A DNA stretch of 64,000 nt from Patescibacteria group bacterium (lineage in GTDB: Bacteria; Patescibacteriota; Patescibacteriia; JBHPGJ01): the NCBI GenBank assembly GCA_042570545.1, contig JBHPGJ010000002.1, forward strand, positions 31,741-95,740, given 5' to 3'. Below are positions 46,199-56,798 of the stretch, piece after piece (positions within the stretch are counted from its first letter, which is position 1; each line of letters opens with the position of its first letter). The position numbers were made by a program, and so were the translations under genes. The notes below the pieces were generated by a model, which was given only the letters and a program-made list of their open reading frames with translations, was not told the origin of the DNA and searched no databases.

Positions 46199-48097
46199 AT
46201 GGCCAGAAAAATAAGTAAAAAAGTTAGAAAAGTCATCGTCACTCAAGATAAGTCAGATTCTATTGCCCCGCCGACTGATAAAGCTCAAGCTGAGCAATTT
46301 TATAGTCAACAAAAATCAAAAAATAAATCTCAATTTGAACGTGCTAAAAAAAGAAAATGGTCGGCCAAATGGATAATCATATCTATTGTGGCCTTAGTCT
46401 TTATAGTATCGCTGCTGGGATTTTTTGTCTTTCAATGGGGAGCCAATCAATTTACTGGTGATTTGGTTAATATCAGTTTTGAAGGCTCACAGAATGTTTC
46501 CTCTGGTGATACGGTTACCATAAAAATTAATTACCAAAACAACGAATCAGTACCCCTGGGTAACGCCAGCTTGGTGATGCAATTTCCCACTGGCTTTACC
46601 GTGCGTCAAACGTCAATGGAGCCAGTCAATCAGGCGGGTAATAGTTGGGATATTGGGAATTTGTCTAGCGGTAAGAGTGGCTCGCTTACCATCACTGGTC
46701 AATTGGTGGGCGAAATTGATTCAACCCACACCTTCAATGCCAAGCTTGTTTATAAACCGGCAAATTTTAATGCCACTTTTGAAACTGATGATGATTTTGT
46801 GGTTACTATTACTACTTCAATAATTAATTTGGAACTTGATGGTCCGACAAAAATTGCTCCCGATATTGAAGCTAAATATAAACTTACTTATATAAGCACC
46901 AGCGAAAGTGTGTTAGAAAATATTAGAATATCACCCCAGCTGCCGACAGCATTTGAATTAATATCTAGCAGTCCTGAGTTGAATGAAGAAAAAAGCTGGA
47001 CGGTGGAAAGATTAACAAAGAGCGAAAGCGGGTCTTTTGAAATCACTGGCAAGTTTACCGGTGATATTGGCGACACGGTAGAATTAGTTTTTGATGTAAG
47101 CATAATTGATGATGAGGGATTTGCTCAGAAACAATTGACATACACTCAGCTTATCTTGTTGGTTGGCGGTGACTTGTCATTGAGTTTTAAAGTCAATGAT
47201 TCGGATGTCAATAATGTAGTTGAGCACGGCGATGACCTGACCTATCAATTAATATATGCTAATAATACAGAATTCGTGTTAGAAAATGTTAGCTTTTCGG
47301 TTGAATTTGATGAGGCAATATTGGCTTGGGATGAGTTGATTGATTCAAACGGTGGTAATTTAGACGGTAAAAAAATAAATTGGAATAAGGACAACATATC
47401 GGCCTTAACCGATCTTAAACCGGGGGCCGAGGGGACGATAGAGTTTACTATACCCATAAGAACTAACCTAACTATTGATACCGAAAAAGACATAAACTTT
47501 TCTGTTGTCAGTATGGCCAGCGGCAATGTTGGTGGTGTTAAAGACGGAGCCGGTCTGACAATATCTGTGCCCACCAGTACAATTGAAAGTAAGATTGCTT
47601 CAAATTTTAATCTATCAGCTGAAGCAAGGTATTATACCGAGGAAAAAGAAAAATTGGGTGCTGGTCCAATACCACCACAAGCCGGTAAAAAAACAACTTA
47701 TCGCATAATATGGTTGATCAGCAATAATAGTAATGACGTCAGGGATGTATCGGTATCAGCCGAGCTGCCAAGTGATGTAAAATGGGCGGGCGAAAAGGAA
47801 CTAAGTGCCGGTAATCTAACTTATAATGAGTCAAAACGAACAGTTACTTGGACTATAAACGAAGCTCCAGCCGGTAGTGGTTATTACCTATCTTCTTTGT
47901 CAGCCAGCTTTGAAGTATCAATAACACCGACCACCAAAGATGTAGGCGACATAATGCTACTGACAGATGTAATAACTGCTGAGGGAACTGATGTCTATAC
48001 TCAAACGACCAGAAAATCGACCGTATCAAAATTAACAACAGAATTAACAACTGATACTTTTGGCCAGGGTAAAGGCGTAGTCGTTGATGGATCATAA
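46199..48097 (+). CDS. Membrane-anchored extracellular protein with repeated beta-rich (DUF11-like) modules; hypothetical.
   Basis: N-terminal basic region plus TM segment 'WIIISIVALVFIVSLLGFFVF'; several repeated ~100-aa Thr/Ser/Glu-rich segments. Confidence 0.55.
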   Translation: MARKISKKVRKVIVTQDKSDSIAPPTDKAQAEQFYSQQKSKNKSQFERAKKRKWSAKWIIISIVALVFIVSLLGFFVFQWGANQFTGDLVNISFEGSQNVSSGDTVTIKINYQNNESVPLGNASLVMQFPTGFTVRQTSMEPVNQAGNSWDIGNLSSGKSGSLTITGQLVGEIDSTHTFNAKLVYKPANFNATFETDDDFVVTITTSIINLELDGPTKIAPDIEAKYKLTYISTSESVLENIRISPQLPTAFELISSSPELNEEKSWTVERLTKSESGSFEITGKFTGDIGDTVELVFDVSIIDDEGFAQKQLTYTQLILLVGGDLSLSFKVNDSDVNNVVEHGDDLTYQLIYANNTEFVLENVSFSVEFDEAILAWDELIDSNGGNLDGKKINWNKDNISALTDLKPGAEGTIEFTIPIRTNLTIDTEKDINFSVVSMASGNVGGVKDGAGLTISVPTSTIESKIASNFNLSAEARYYTEEKEKLGAGPIPPQAGKKTTYRIIWLISNNSNDVRDVSVSAELPSDVKWAGEKELSAGNLTYNESKRTVTWTINEAPAGSGYYLSSLSASFEVSITPTTKDVGDIMLLTDVITAEGTDVYTQTTRKSTVSKLTTELTTDTFGQGKGVVVDGS

Positions 48098-48100
48098 AAA

Positions 48101-50012
<1,912 letters not shown>

Positions 50013-50117
50013 GTTGACAGACCGATTATTACGTGAGAAATTGAGGGCAGTACACAACACTGAACTCTTTTTCTGAATTTACTGCCAGTTCGTTGGCAAC
50101 CTAAGGGGGAATCAAAA

Positions 50118-50306
50118 ATGAAGCACCTGAAAGATACCAACGACAAACCGGTCAAGGGACGGGAGATGATCGCCAATTGCGGACAGAAAGGGACTTACAT
50201 CGGTCCAATGACCGCCCACGGCGACGACAAGGACACCTGCAATGACTGCGTAGCTATTCATTGGCGTGAGCCGATGCACATGGAGGTGGTAGTCTTCGAG
50301 ACCTAG
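50118..50306 (+). CDS. Small (62 aa) Cys/His-containing hypothetical protein in a short GC-rich islet.
   Basis: Strong RBS AAGGGGG 7 nt upstream; followed by a terminator. Local GC is about 52%, against about 40% in the flanks. Confidence 0.5.
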   Translation: MKHLKDTNDKPVKGREMIANCGQKGTYIGPMTAHGDDKDTCNDCVAIHWREPMHMEVVVFET

Positions 50307-50330
50307 CCGGTCGATCTTTTTGGATTATGG

Positions 50331-50365
50331 CCCGCTTGTTCAGGATCAAGCGGGTTTTATTTTAT
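50331..50365 (+). terminator. Rho-independent terminator.
   Basis: CCCGCTTG (50331-50338) ... CAAGCGGG (50347-50354), followed by TTTTATTTTAT. Confidence 0.65.
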
Positions 50366-50388
50366 CTAAAATAATGTAAACTAAATTT

Positions 50389-50826
50389 ATGGATAAAAAA
50401 ATCGAAGTTACTGCCACCGCCCTGCTTAGAAAAAAAGATAATAATATTTTTTTGCACCAGAGTCCAAAATGGCAAGACAAGTGGGTAGCACCAGGTGGCC
50501 GTTTAAATTATGGAGAAACAATAGTAGCCGGAGTAAAACGAGAAACCAAAGAAGAAACAGGGTATGAAATAAATCCATTAAGTATTGTTAATGTGATCGG
50601 CAGTATTAATCCTCCAAAATATAATCGTCCCGCCCACTTTATACATATACATTTTTTATGTGAATTAATTGGTGGTAATTACCGACCAGATAAGAAAGAA
50701 GTTATAAATGGCCGCTGGTTTTCAATTGAAGATGCACTAGAAATTACCGACGGATCAATGAGAAAAAGCATATTAAATCTAAAAGAGGGCAAATACCTGG
50801 ATATAGTAGATTTGGATAGTATATAG
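50389..50826 (+). CDS. NUDIX hydrolase.
   Basis: Nudix box 'GGRLNYGETIVAGVKRETKEETGYE'. Confidence 0.8.
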   Translation: MDKKIEVTATALLRKKDNNIFLHQSPKWQDKWVAPGGRLNYGETIVAGVKRETKEETGYEINPLSIVNVIGSINPPKYNRPAHFIHIHFLCELIGGNYRPDKKEVINGRWFSIEDALEITDGSMRKSILNLKEGKYLDIVDLDSI

Positions 50827-50944
50827 CCCAAATAATCTGATATATCACGACCGGCTATTGATAAAATGGCGGCTTTGTGGTGGTAAGGTTTCAACTATTA
50901 ATAATTCATTTTGACCGGTATTAATGGTATAATGTTAAAAACTA

Positions 50945-51340
50945 TTGACTATTATGAGCCAAAATATATTTGTCAAATCTTCAACTTTTATCTTCCGTGA
51001 ATTAATTTTTGATGTGGTCCGTTTTCCCTGGTGGTGGTATACCCGCGGTACTATGAACGCTGCTTTTTTTATAAGTCGGGAAATGTCTGATTGGGCCAAT
51101 CGGTTGAGTTTACGTATCTTACTGCGCAATATGTTTAAGCCCATGTATGGTGATTATACCCGCAGTGGCCGGGCCATCAGCTTTTTTATCAGGGTGATAA
51201 TGTTTTTCGTAAAATCAATTGTCTTTGTACTCTGGTCAGTTTTATTGATCGCCCTATTATTGTTATGGCTACTTGTACCGCTGGCGATTATTTATATGAT
51301 TTATTTGAACATTACCGGTGATAAAATAATCGGAACCTAA
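50945..51340 (+). CDS. Hypothetical membrane protein, overlapping and probably co-transcribed with the downstream Clp-like ATPase.
   Basis: C-terminal hydrophobic helices 'IVFVLWSVLLIALLLLWLLVPLAIIYMIYL'; its stop overlaps the start of the next ORF. Confidence 0.5.
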   Translation: MTIMSQNIFVKSSTFIFRELIFDVVRFPWWWYTRGTMNAAFFISREMSDWANRLSLRILLRNMFKPMYGDYTRSGRAISFFIRVIMFFVKSIVFVLWSVLLIALLLLWLLVPLAIIYMIYLNITGDKIIGT

Positions 51341-51341
51341 A

Positions 51342-54110
51342 ATGGCAGAAGAAGAAATACTACCAGATCTGTTACTACTTGAATGCAATACCTGCAAAGG
51401 TCGGGGCCGCTTAGCCGAGGACAAACAGACAAAAGCGTGTCCCAGTTGTCATGGTCTTGGATTAGCCGCCTGGCTTGATGGACAGTTCTGGCACTGGGGT
51501 AAAACATTTTCCATCCTGCGCATATTAAGCGACCGGGCCGAGCAGCTGGGCCGGGCGGTTATAAATGGCATCTTAATGGCCTTGGCACTGGTCGGGTTTG
51601 CCAGCGGGGTCTGGCAATTTTATCAGCGCTGGCAGGTTGATACTGACGTAGTCGGCTGGCTAAACACTCGCAATACCGGCATGATATTATTTTGGATCGG
51701 TTTGCTTATCGGTTTATATATTTTCTTTCGTTTAGAGCGTGAGCGGTCATCACACCCGGTTATAAAACGCAAAAGTATTGGTAATTTATTAATCCCGCCA
51801 CCGGCTGGATTGACTTATGATGATTACCAAAAAAATAAATTACAGTCACTTGAAATATCTCAGTATCTTGACTGGCAGGCCAAACAATCAGTTGAGAAGG
51901 CCTGGCTACTGGCTCATCGTCTTGATCACCCACAGGTAGAACCAATTCATTTATTGGCCTCACTTTATGATGCTCCGCGGGTTAAAGTTATCATGGCCCG
52001 CTTAGGTGTTGATTCGAGCAAGTTAGTACAAAAAATAAAAAGACGTTTTAGTGAACTGCCAAAAATAAAGGGTGGCGAACCCATTGTGTCCGCTAATGTG
52101 CTGGAGCTTTATTATCAGGCTTTTGCTTTTGCTTATAAAGAAAGGAATCCAGTGATTGATGCTCCAGATCTTTTTCTAGCTGTCACTAAGGTAGAGGCTG
52201 TGGCCAAAGAGATCTTATATGATATGGAGGTTGATGAAAATAAACTGACAAATGTCGTCAAGTGGGTAGATTTGCAGCAGCGTGTAAGCAAACAGTGGCA
52301 ACGTTTTCGGTCCCGAGCGGCTCGCAAACCCAAAGGTGCCATGGATCGGGCCATGCTAGCCCAGGCCACTCCCGTACTTGATCATTATAGTCGCGATTTG
52401 ACCCAGTTGGCCAGGATTGGCGGTTTACCCCTGACCATTGGTCGTGATGATGAAGTGGAAGAGATATTTAGAGTATTAGAGAGTGGCCGCGGTAATGCCT
52501 TAATCGTCGGTGCCGCTGGAGTCGGCAAGGATATGTTGCTTAACGCCATTGCCGACCGGATGGCTTCGGAAGAAGTTCCCGAGAGCCTACAAGATAAAAG
52601 GTTTGTATCACTTAATATTTCTTCACTAGTAGCCGGCGCTGGTGCAGTCGGGGAGCTGGAAGAAAGACTGCATGAACTGCTGGATGAGGTGGTGAGATCG
52701 GGCAATATAATAATAGCAATAGAGAATCTCCACACCATGGTCGGTGTTTCTTCAGCTGGTGGACAAAGCATGGACTTGTCCGAGGTCCTGGCCCAGGCTA
52801 TTGCTACCAATAAGATAATTGTTGTCGGTACATCGACACCAAATGAATTTCGAAAGTATATCGAACCGCGTGGCAGTCTGATGACGCACTTTCAACCGAT
52901 AAGGATCAATGAGGTCGATGAAAATACTTCCATTCTGATATGTGAAACTAAAGTCGGCCCGATAGAATATCATCACCGAGTATTTTTTGCTTATGAAGCG
53001 ATAGAAAGATCGGTCAAATTAGCTAAACGTTATTTGACCGAATTAATGCTGCCAACTTCAGCCATCAATTTAATGGAGGAAGTAGCGGTAATGGTGAAAA
53101 AGACGAAAGGGGTCAATAGCTTTGTAACCGGTGAAGATGTGGCTCAGTTGGTATCACAGCGGGCAAATGTATCCGTCACAAAAATAACTGAGGACGAGAC
53201 GGAAAAACTGCTTAATCTAGAAAATATAATTCACCAGCGTTTAATCGACCAGAATGAGGCTGTCAATGCTGTTGCCTCGGCGCTACGCCGGGCCCGAGCC
53301 GAGCTAAGAGATACCAAAAGGCCAATAGCTAATTTACTGTTCTTAGGTCCAACCGGAGTGGGTAAGACCCAACTGGCTAAAACAGTCGCTGACGTATATT
53401 TTGGTTCCGAAGAAAACATGATCCGTCTGGACATGTCGGAATATCAAGACCAATATTCTATCTACCGGTTGATCGGCACTCCCGAAGGAGCCGGTGGCGG
53501 TTACCTGACCGAAGCCGTCAGACGTAATCCATTTTCACTGGTGCTGCTGGATGAAATTGAAAAAGCCCACCCCGATGTTTTAAACGTATTTTTACAAGTT
53601 ATGGACGATGGTCGTTTGACTGATTCATCAGGACGGACAATAGATTTTACCAACGTTATATTGGTTGCTACCTCAAATGCAGCTACACCAATTATTCAAG
53701 CCCGAGTTAGTGAGGGTGTTGATGTTCAGCATATTAAAGATGAAATGATGACTGGCGGTCTGGCCAAATATTTCCGGCCAGAATTTCTTAACCGTTTTGA
53801 TAACATAGTTGTCTTCAAACCACTCAGCCTAAGCGATATATTTGCAATTGCCAAATTGCTGCTTAAGGACGTAGAGAAACGACTGCAGAAAAAGGGCATT
53901 ATACTTGAGGCGACCGATGGGGCAATAGCTGAGCTGGCCAAAGCCGGTTATGACCCCATTTATGGTGCTCGACCATTACGGCGGGTGATCCAAGAGAGGG
54001 TTGATGATGCGTTAGCTAAACATTTACTTCAGGGCAAGATCGGTCGACGCGATATTGCTGTATTAGAAACCGGTGGTCGGATTACGGTCAAACAAGCCAA
54101 GGAATTATAA
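51342..54110 (+). CDS. Membrane-anchored ClpC/ClpB-like AAA+ protein with an N-terminal CxxC zinc ribbon, two TM helices, Clp_N repeats, a degenerate D1 and a canonical D2.
   Basis: N-terminus 'CNTCKGRGR...CPSCHG'; TM helices around residues 75-125. D1 Walker A reads 'GAAGVGKD' and Walker B 'IIIAIENLHT', both non-canonical. D2 reads 'GPTGVGKT', 'LVLLDEIEKAHPDV' and 'RPEFLNRFD'. Confidence 0.8.
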   Translation: MAEEEILPDLLLLECNTCKGRGRLAEDKQTKACPSCHGLGLAAWLDGQFWHWGKTFSILRILSDRAEQLGRAVINGILMALALVGFASGVWQFYQRWQVDTDVVGWLNTRNTGMILFWIGLLIGLYIFFRLERERSSHPVIKRKSIGNLLIPPPAGLTYDDYQKNKLQSLEISQYLDWQAKQSVEKAWLLAHRLDHPQVEPIHLLASLYDAPRVKVIMARLGVDSSKLVQKIKRRFSELPKIKGGEPIVSANVLELYYQAFAFAYKERNPVIDAPDLFLAVTKVEAVAKEILYDMEVDENKLTNVVKWVDLQQRVSKQWQRFRSRAARKPKGAMDRAMLAQATPVLDHYSRDLTQLARIGGLPLTIGRDDEVEEIFRVLESGRGNALIVGAAGVGKDMLLNAIADRMASEEVPESLQDKRFVSLNISSLVAGAGAVGELEERLHELLDEVVRSGNIIIAIENLHTMVGVSSAGGQSMDLSEVLAQAIATNKIIVVGTSTPNEFRKYIEPRGSLMTHFQPIRINEVDENTSILICETKVGPIEYHHRVFFAYEAIERSVKLAKRYLTELMLPTSAINLMEEVAVMVKKTKGVNSFVTGEDVAQLVSQRANVSVTKITEDETEKLLNLENIIHQRLIDQNEAVNAVASALRRARAELRDTKRPIANLLFLGPTGVGKTQLAKTVADVYFGSEENMIRLDMSEYQDQYSIYRLIGTPEGAGGGYLTEAVRRNPFSLVLLDEIEKAHPDVLNVFLQVMDDGRLTDSSGRTIDFTNVILVATSNAATPIIQARVSEGVDVQHIKDEMMTGGLAKYFRPEFLNRFDNIVVFKPLSLSDIFAIAKLLLKDVEKRLQKKGIILEATDGAIAELAKAGYDPIYGARPLRRVIQERVDDALAKHLLQGKIGRRDIAVLETGGRITVKQAKEL

Positions 54111-54136
54111 AAGAGCAGACCGATCTGATCTGCTCA
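54105..54136 (-). terminator. Hairpin terminator between the convergent Clp-like and Gam-like genes; the T-tract is on the minus-strand side.
   Basis: GAGCAGA (54114-54120) ... TCTGCTC (54130-54136); the minus-strand reading gives the stem followed by TTTTATAA. Confidence 0.5.
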
Positions 54137-54162
54137 GTAAGAAACTATTAGCGGACCTTGGC

Positions 54163-54708
54163 TCAGGTCAGCTTTTTCAGCTTGTCTACGCCGGCGGCGA
54201 TCTCAGCGTCGGTTTTGTCTGGCTTGACGAAGAATTCTTCGTGCTGACCAATCTTAACACCTTTGACTTGGCCAGCCGCCCCCGGCTCCTTGAGCATGGC
54301 CTCCTTATCGACCGTTTTCTTGACTCGGATGAAGCGGGTAAGACGTTTTTCCCGGAGCTGTTTCAGGACAGCGTCAACATTGCGGAGGGTTACCGCCGGA
54401 GGTGTTAAACGCCAGCCGAAAGTGCCAACCGGCAGATCAACCGATTTCTTCTTATCGCTATCGGTAAGCTCAGTACGGTTGGCTTGAGCAAAAGCAAACA
54501 AACCAGTCACCAGATCGTCGATCCGCCTTTGCCGCACTTGCACTTTTTCGGCCGCCTCTTCTTTCAACCGGTCCAGTCTGGAGTTGAGTCGGGTGTTGAC
54601 CGCATCAATAGCACGTTGTTCGACGGCAATGTCGGCGATAAATTTGGCGGCGGCGGCTAGATCCTGCGGTACAGCAACTACTGATCTTTTCAGCGTTTTC
54701 TTAGTCAT
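54163..54708 (-). CDS. Bacteriophage Mu Gam-like DNA-end-binding / host-nuclease inhibitor protein.
   Basis: 'AQANRTELTDSDKKKSVDLPVGTFGWRLTPPAVTLRNVDAVLKQLREKRLTRFIRVKKTVDKEAMLKEP' closely parallels the Mu Gam core '...ANRDELT...SWRVRPPSVSIRGMDAVMETLERLGLQRFIRTKQEINKEAILLEP', which is recalled from memory. RBS AAGGGGG is present. Local GC is about 55%. Confidence 0.75.
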   Translation of the reverse strand: MTKKTLKRSVVAVPQDLAAAAKFIADIAVEQRAIDAVNTRLNSRLDRLKEEAAEKVQVRQRRIDDLVTGLFAFAQANRTELTDSDKKKSVDLPVGTFGWRLTPPAVTLRNVDAVLKQLREKRLTRFIRVKKTVDKEAMLKEPGAAGQVKGVKIGQHEEFFVKPDKTDAEIAAGVDKLKKLT

Positions 54709-54802
54709 GACAAATCCCCCTTGAGCTATGTGACAGAACGCGAATTTATTTGAATTTTCATTATTCTTTTAGCAGTTATATAGATTGATGTCAACTCAAG
54801 TC

Positions 54803-54831
54803 TTGACTTATTATAAAAATTGAATTATCAT
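54803..54831 (+). promoter_or_regulatory. Sigma70-like promoter (TTGACT, 17-nt spacer, TATCAT) with an overlapping inverted repeat (GTCAAC..GTCTTGAC), in the divergent Gam / small-ORF intergenic region.
   Basis: ttgact at 54803-54808; tatcat at 54826-54831; inverted repeat 'gtcaactcaagtcttgac' at 54790-54807. Confidence 0.4.
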
Positions 54832-54921
54832 ATCTACTCACATAGTCACTTGGTATGAATACGAGGCGCTTTGATTTGCTTAAGCGGTTGACGTTTGTCT
54901 CACCCTCGAGGAGGATTTCTA

Positions 54922-55119
54922 ATGTACGATATGCCCCACCGTACCTGTGTAGGCTGCGGACACATCAGGCCGGCTTCCAGTCCTGACACCTTCCATTGTT
55001 TACTGATAACTGCCGGCTCCAATTGTGTGTTCGGCAAAGACAAAGACGTCGCCACTGCGGAACTCAGTCAGATCAAACCGGGTAACCGTGTCGACCGAAG
55101 CGAAGCCACCAATGGCTAG
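54922..55119 (+). CDS. Small (65 aa) Cys-rich hypothetical protein, possibly a zinc-ribbon; divergent from the Gam-like gene.
   Basis: Perfect SD GAGGAGG 7 nt upstream of the ATG; 'CVGCGH...HCLLITAGSNC'; followed by a terminator. Confidence 0.45.
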   Translation: MYDMPHRTCVGCGHIRPASSPDTFHCLLITAGSNCVFGKDKDVATAELSQIKPGNRVDRSEATNG

Positions 55120-55132
55120 CACGATCATTATG

Positions 55133-55170
55133 ACCATGCTGTGACATCTCGCAGCATGGTTTATCTTATT
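55133..55170 (+). terminator. Rho-independent terminator.
   Basis: ACCATGCTG (55133-55141) ... CAGCATGGT (55152-55160), followed by TTATCTTATT. Confidence 0.6.
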
Positions 55171-55220
55171 GCCAAACAATAAAAAATAGCTATACTAAGC
55201 ACATAAAAATCATACGTTTT

Positions 55221-56024
55221 GTGGCTCAGGAGTATAAAAATAATAATTTGAAAATTGTAATACTAACTTCATACAAACACATATATGCTGATATAGTAAT
55301 TAGGAAATTGTTTTCAGCGCTTCCTGATCATCAGTATCTAATTATTTATCAGAAAGCTTTAGTAGCCGGTAAATCTAAGATAAGTGGGCTGCAATATTAT
55401 TGGCGAAAGAGTGGTGCCAGATATGTGATGGCTCAAGTAATTAAGCAATTAATTATTTTATTATTCTATCGATTTTTAAAGCCTGATAAAAACATTCAGA
55501 CAGAAATTTGGGAAAACCATAAACTGGATGATATTGAAAAAATAATTAGTGATTATCAGCCCGATGTAATCTTATCAATTTATTCAAAGTATAAATTATC
55601 TGACAACATTCTGTCAGCGGCCAGCAAGTACTCAATAAATATTCATCCGTCGCTATTGCCGGCTTATAAAGGCGTCAGTCCCACGTTTTGGGTTCTGGCA
55701 AACGACGAAAAAGAGACCGGAGTATCTATCCATAAATTAACCAAATCTTTTGATGAAGGAAGTATAGTTGCTCAGAAGAATATTTACATAGATAAAAATG
55801 ATAGCGAGCATAGTTTATACCTAAAATGTTCTATGCTGGGATCTGGTTTGGTGATCGATACATTAAATATTATAAATACCAACCAGCCGCTTACTAAACT
55901 GTCAGAAAATAAATCGTCATCATACTTTTCTCTACCTGATCGATCAGCAGTTCGGAAGTTTAAAAATAATGGGCGGTCGTTTTTTAAATTATCAGAGTTG
56001 TCAAAAAAACCTGTACTTAACTAA
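55221..56024 (+). CDS. Formyltransferase (Fmt / ArnA N-terminal-domain-like).
   Basis: 'INIHPSLLPAYKGVSPTFWVLANDEKETGVSIHKLTKSFDEGSIV' is the formyl-transferase active-site region. Confidence 0.8.
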   Translation: MAQEYKNNNLKIVILTSYKHIYADIVIRKLFSALPDHQYLIIYQKALVAGKSKISGLQYYWRKSGARYVMAQVIKQLIILLFYRFLKPDKNIQTEIWENHKLDDIEKIISDYQPDVILSIYSKYKLSDNILSAASKYSINIHPSLLPAYKGVSPTFWVLANDEKETGVSIHKLTKSFDEGSIVAQKNIYIDKNDSEHSLYLKCSMLGSGLVIDTLNIINTNQPLTKLSENKSSSYFSLPDRSAVRKFKNNGRSFFKLSELSKKPVLN

Positions 56025-56045
56025 TATTATGTATATAATATAACC

Positions 56046-56798
56046 ATGTCAGCTGAATACGAAAAAGATTTCAGCCTAATATTGCCTATATATAATGAGG
56101 GCATAAAATTATCAAAAAACTTAGATAATATATCGCGTACTCTTGGTATTGCTGGTATTAATTATGAAATAATACTAATTGACGATGCCAGTCAGGACGA
56201 TAGTGCTCAGCGGGCAAAGAATTTTGCTCAGTCTAATGATAGGGTGGTTTTTTATCAGCATGAAAAAAATATGGGTCGCGGTCGGACGGTCATGGATGGT
56301 TTTTCTAAAGCCAAGGGACAAATAATAAGTTTTATTGATGTCGATTGTGAGGTGTCGCCAATATATTTGTTAGAATTTGTGAATGATATGCTTAATAATA
56401 ATAAAGTTGATGTAATAACCGGCCGCCGGATTTATACATTCTCAATAAGTAAAATGCTCCGACCGTTATTTAGCATGATTTATCGAGTGTTGATACGGGT
56501 GATGCTGGGAGTAAAACTGCTAGATACGGAAACGGGTTATAAATTATTTCGTAATTCTTCCTATCAAAGTATAGCTTCATTTTTAAAAAATAACGACTGG
56601 TTCTGGGATACTGAGGTGATGACAGTCTCGGCATTAGCTGGTCTTAAGATACAAGAGAGAAATGTATTATTTGTCAGAGATCATGACAAAAAATCATCAG
56701 TTCGTCTGATCCCGGATATTATAAAGTACTTAAAAGCCATGATGAAATTTCGACGTACTATTCCGCAATTAAAGAGGGATCTGAAAAATAATGGATAA
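56046..56798 (+). CDS. GT2 polyprenyl-phosphate sugar transferase (ArnC/DPM1-like).
   Basis: 'LSLILPIYNEGIKL...EIILIDDASQDDS' is a GT2 signature. Confidence 0.8.
   Translation: MSAEYEKDFSLILPIYNEGIKLSKNLDNISRTLGIAGINYEIILIDDASQDDSAQRAKNFAQSNDRVVFYQHEKNMGRGRTVMDGFSKAKGQIISFIDVDCEVSPIYLLEFVNDMLNNNKVDVITGRRIYTFSISKMLRPLFSMIYRVLIRVMLGVKLLDTETGYKLFRNSSYQSIASFLKNNDWFWDTEVMTVSALAGLKIQERNVLFVRDHDKKSSVRLIPDIIKYLKAMMKFRRTIPQLKRDLKNNG

Noticed and set aside
54073-54487. Plus-strand ORFs 54073-54408 and 54263-54487, antisense to the Gam-like gene.
   Set aside because: The minus-strand Gam-like ORF has strong family-level similarity and a proper RBS and terminator. The antisense ORFs are GC-rich-region artefacts.
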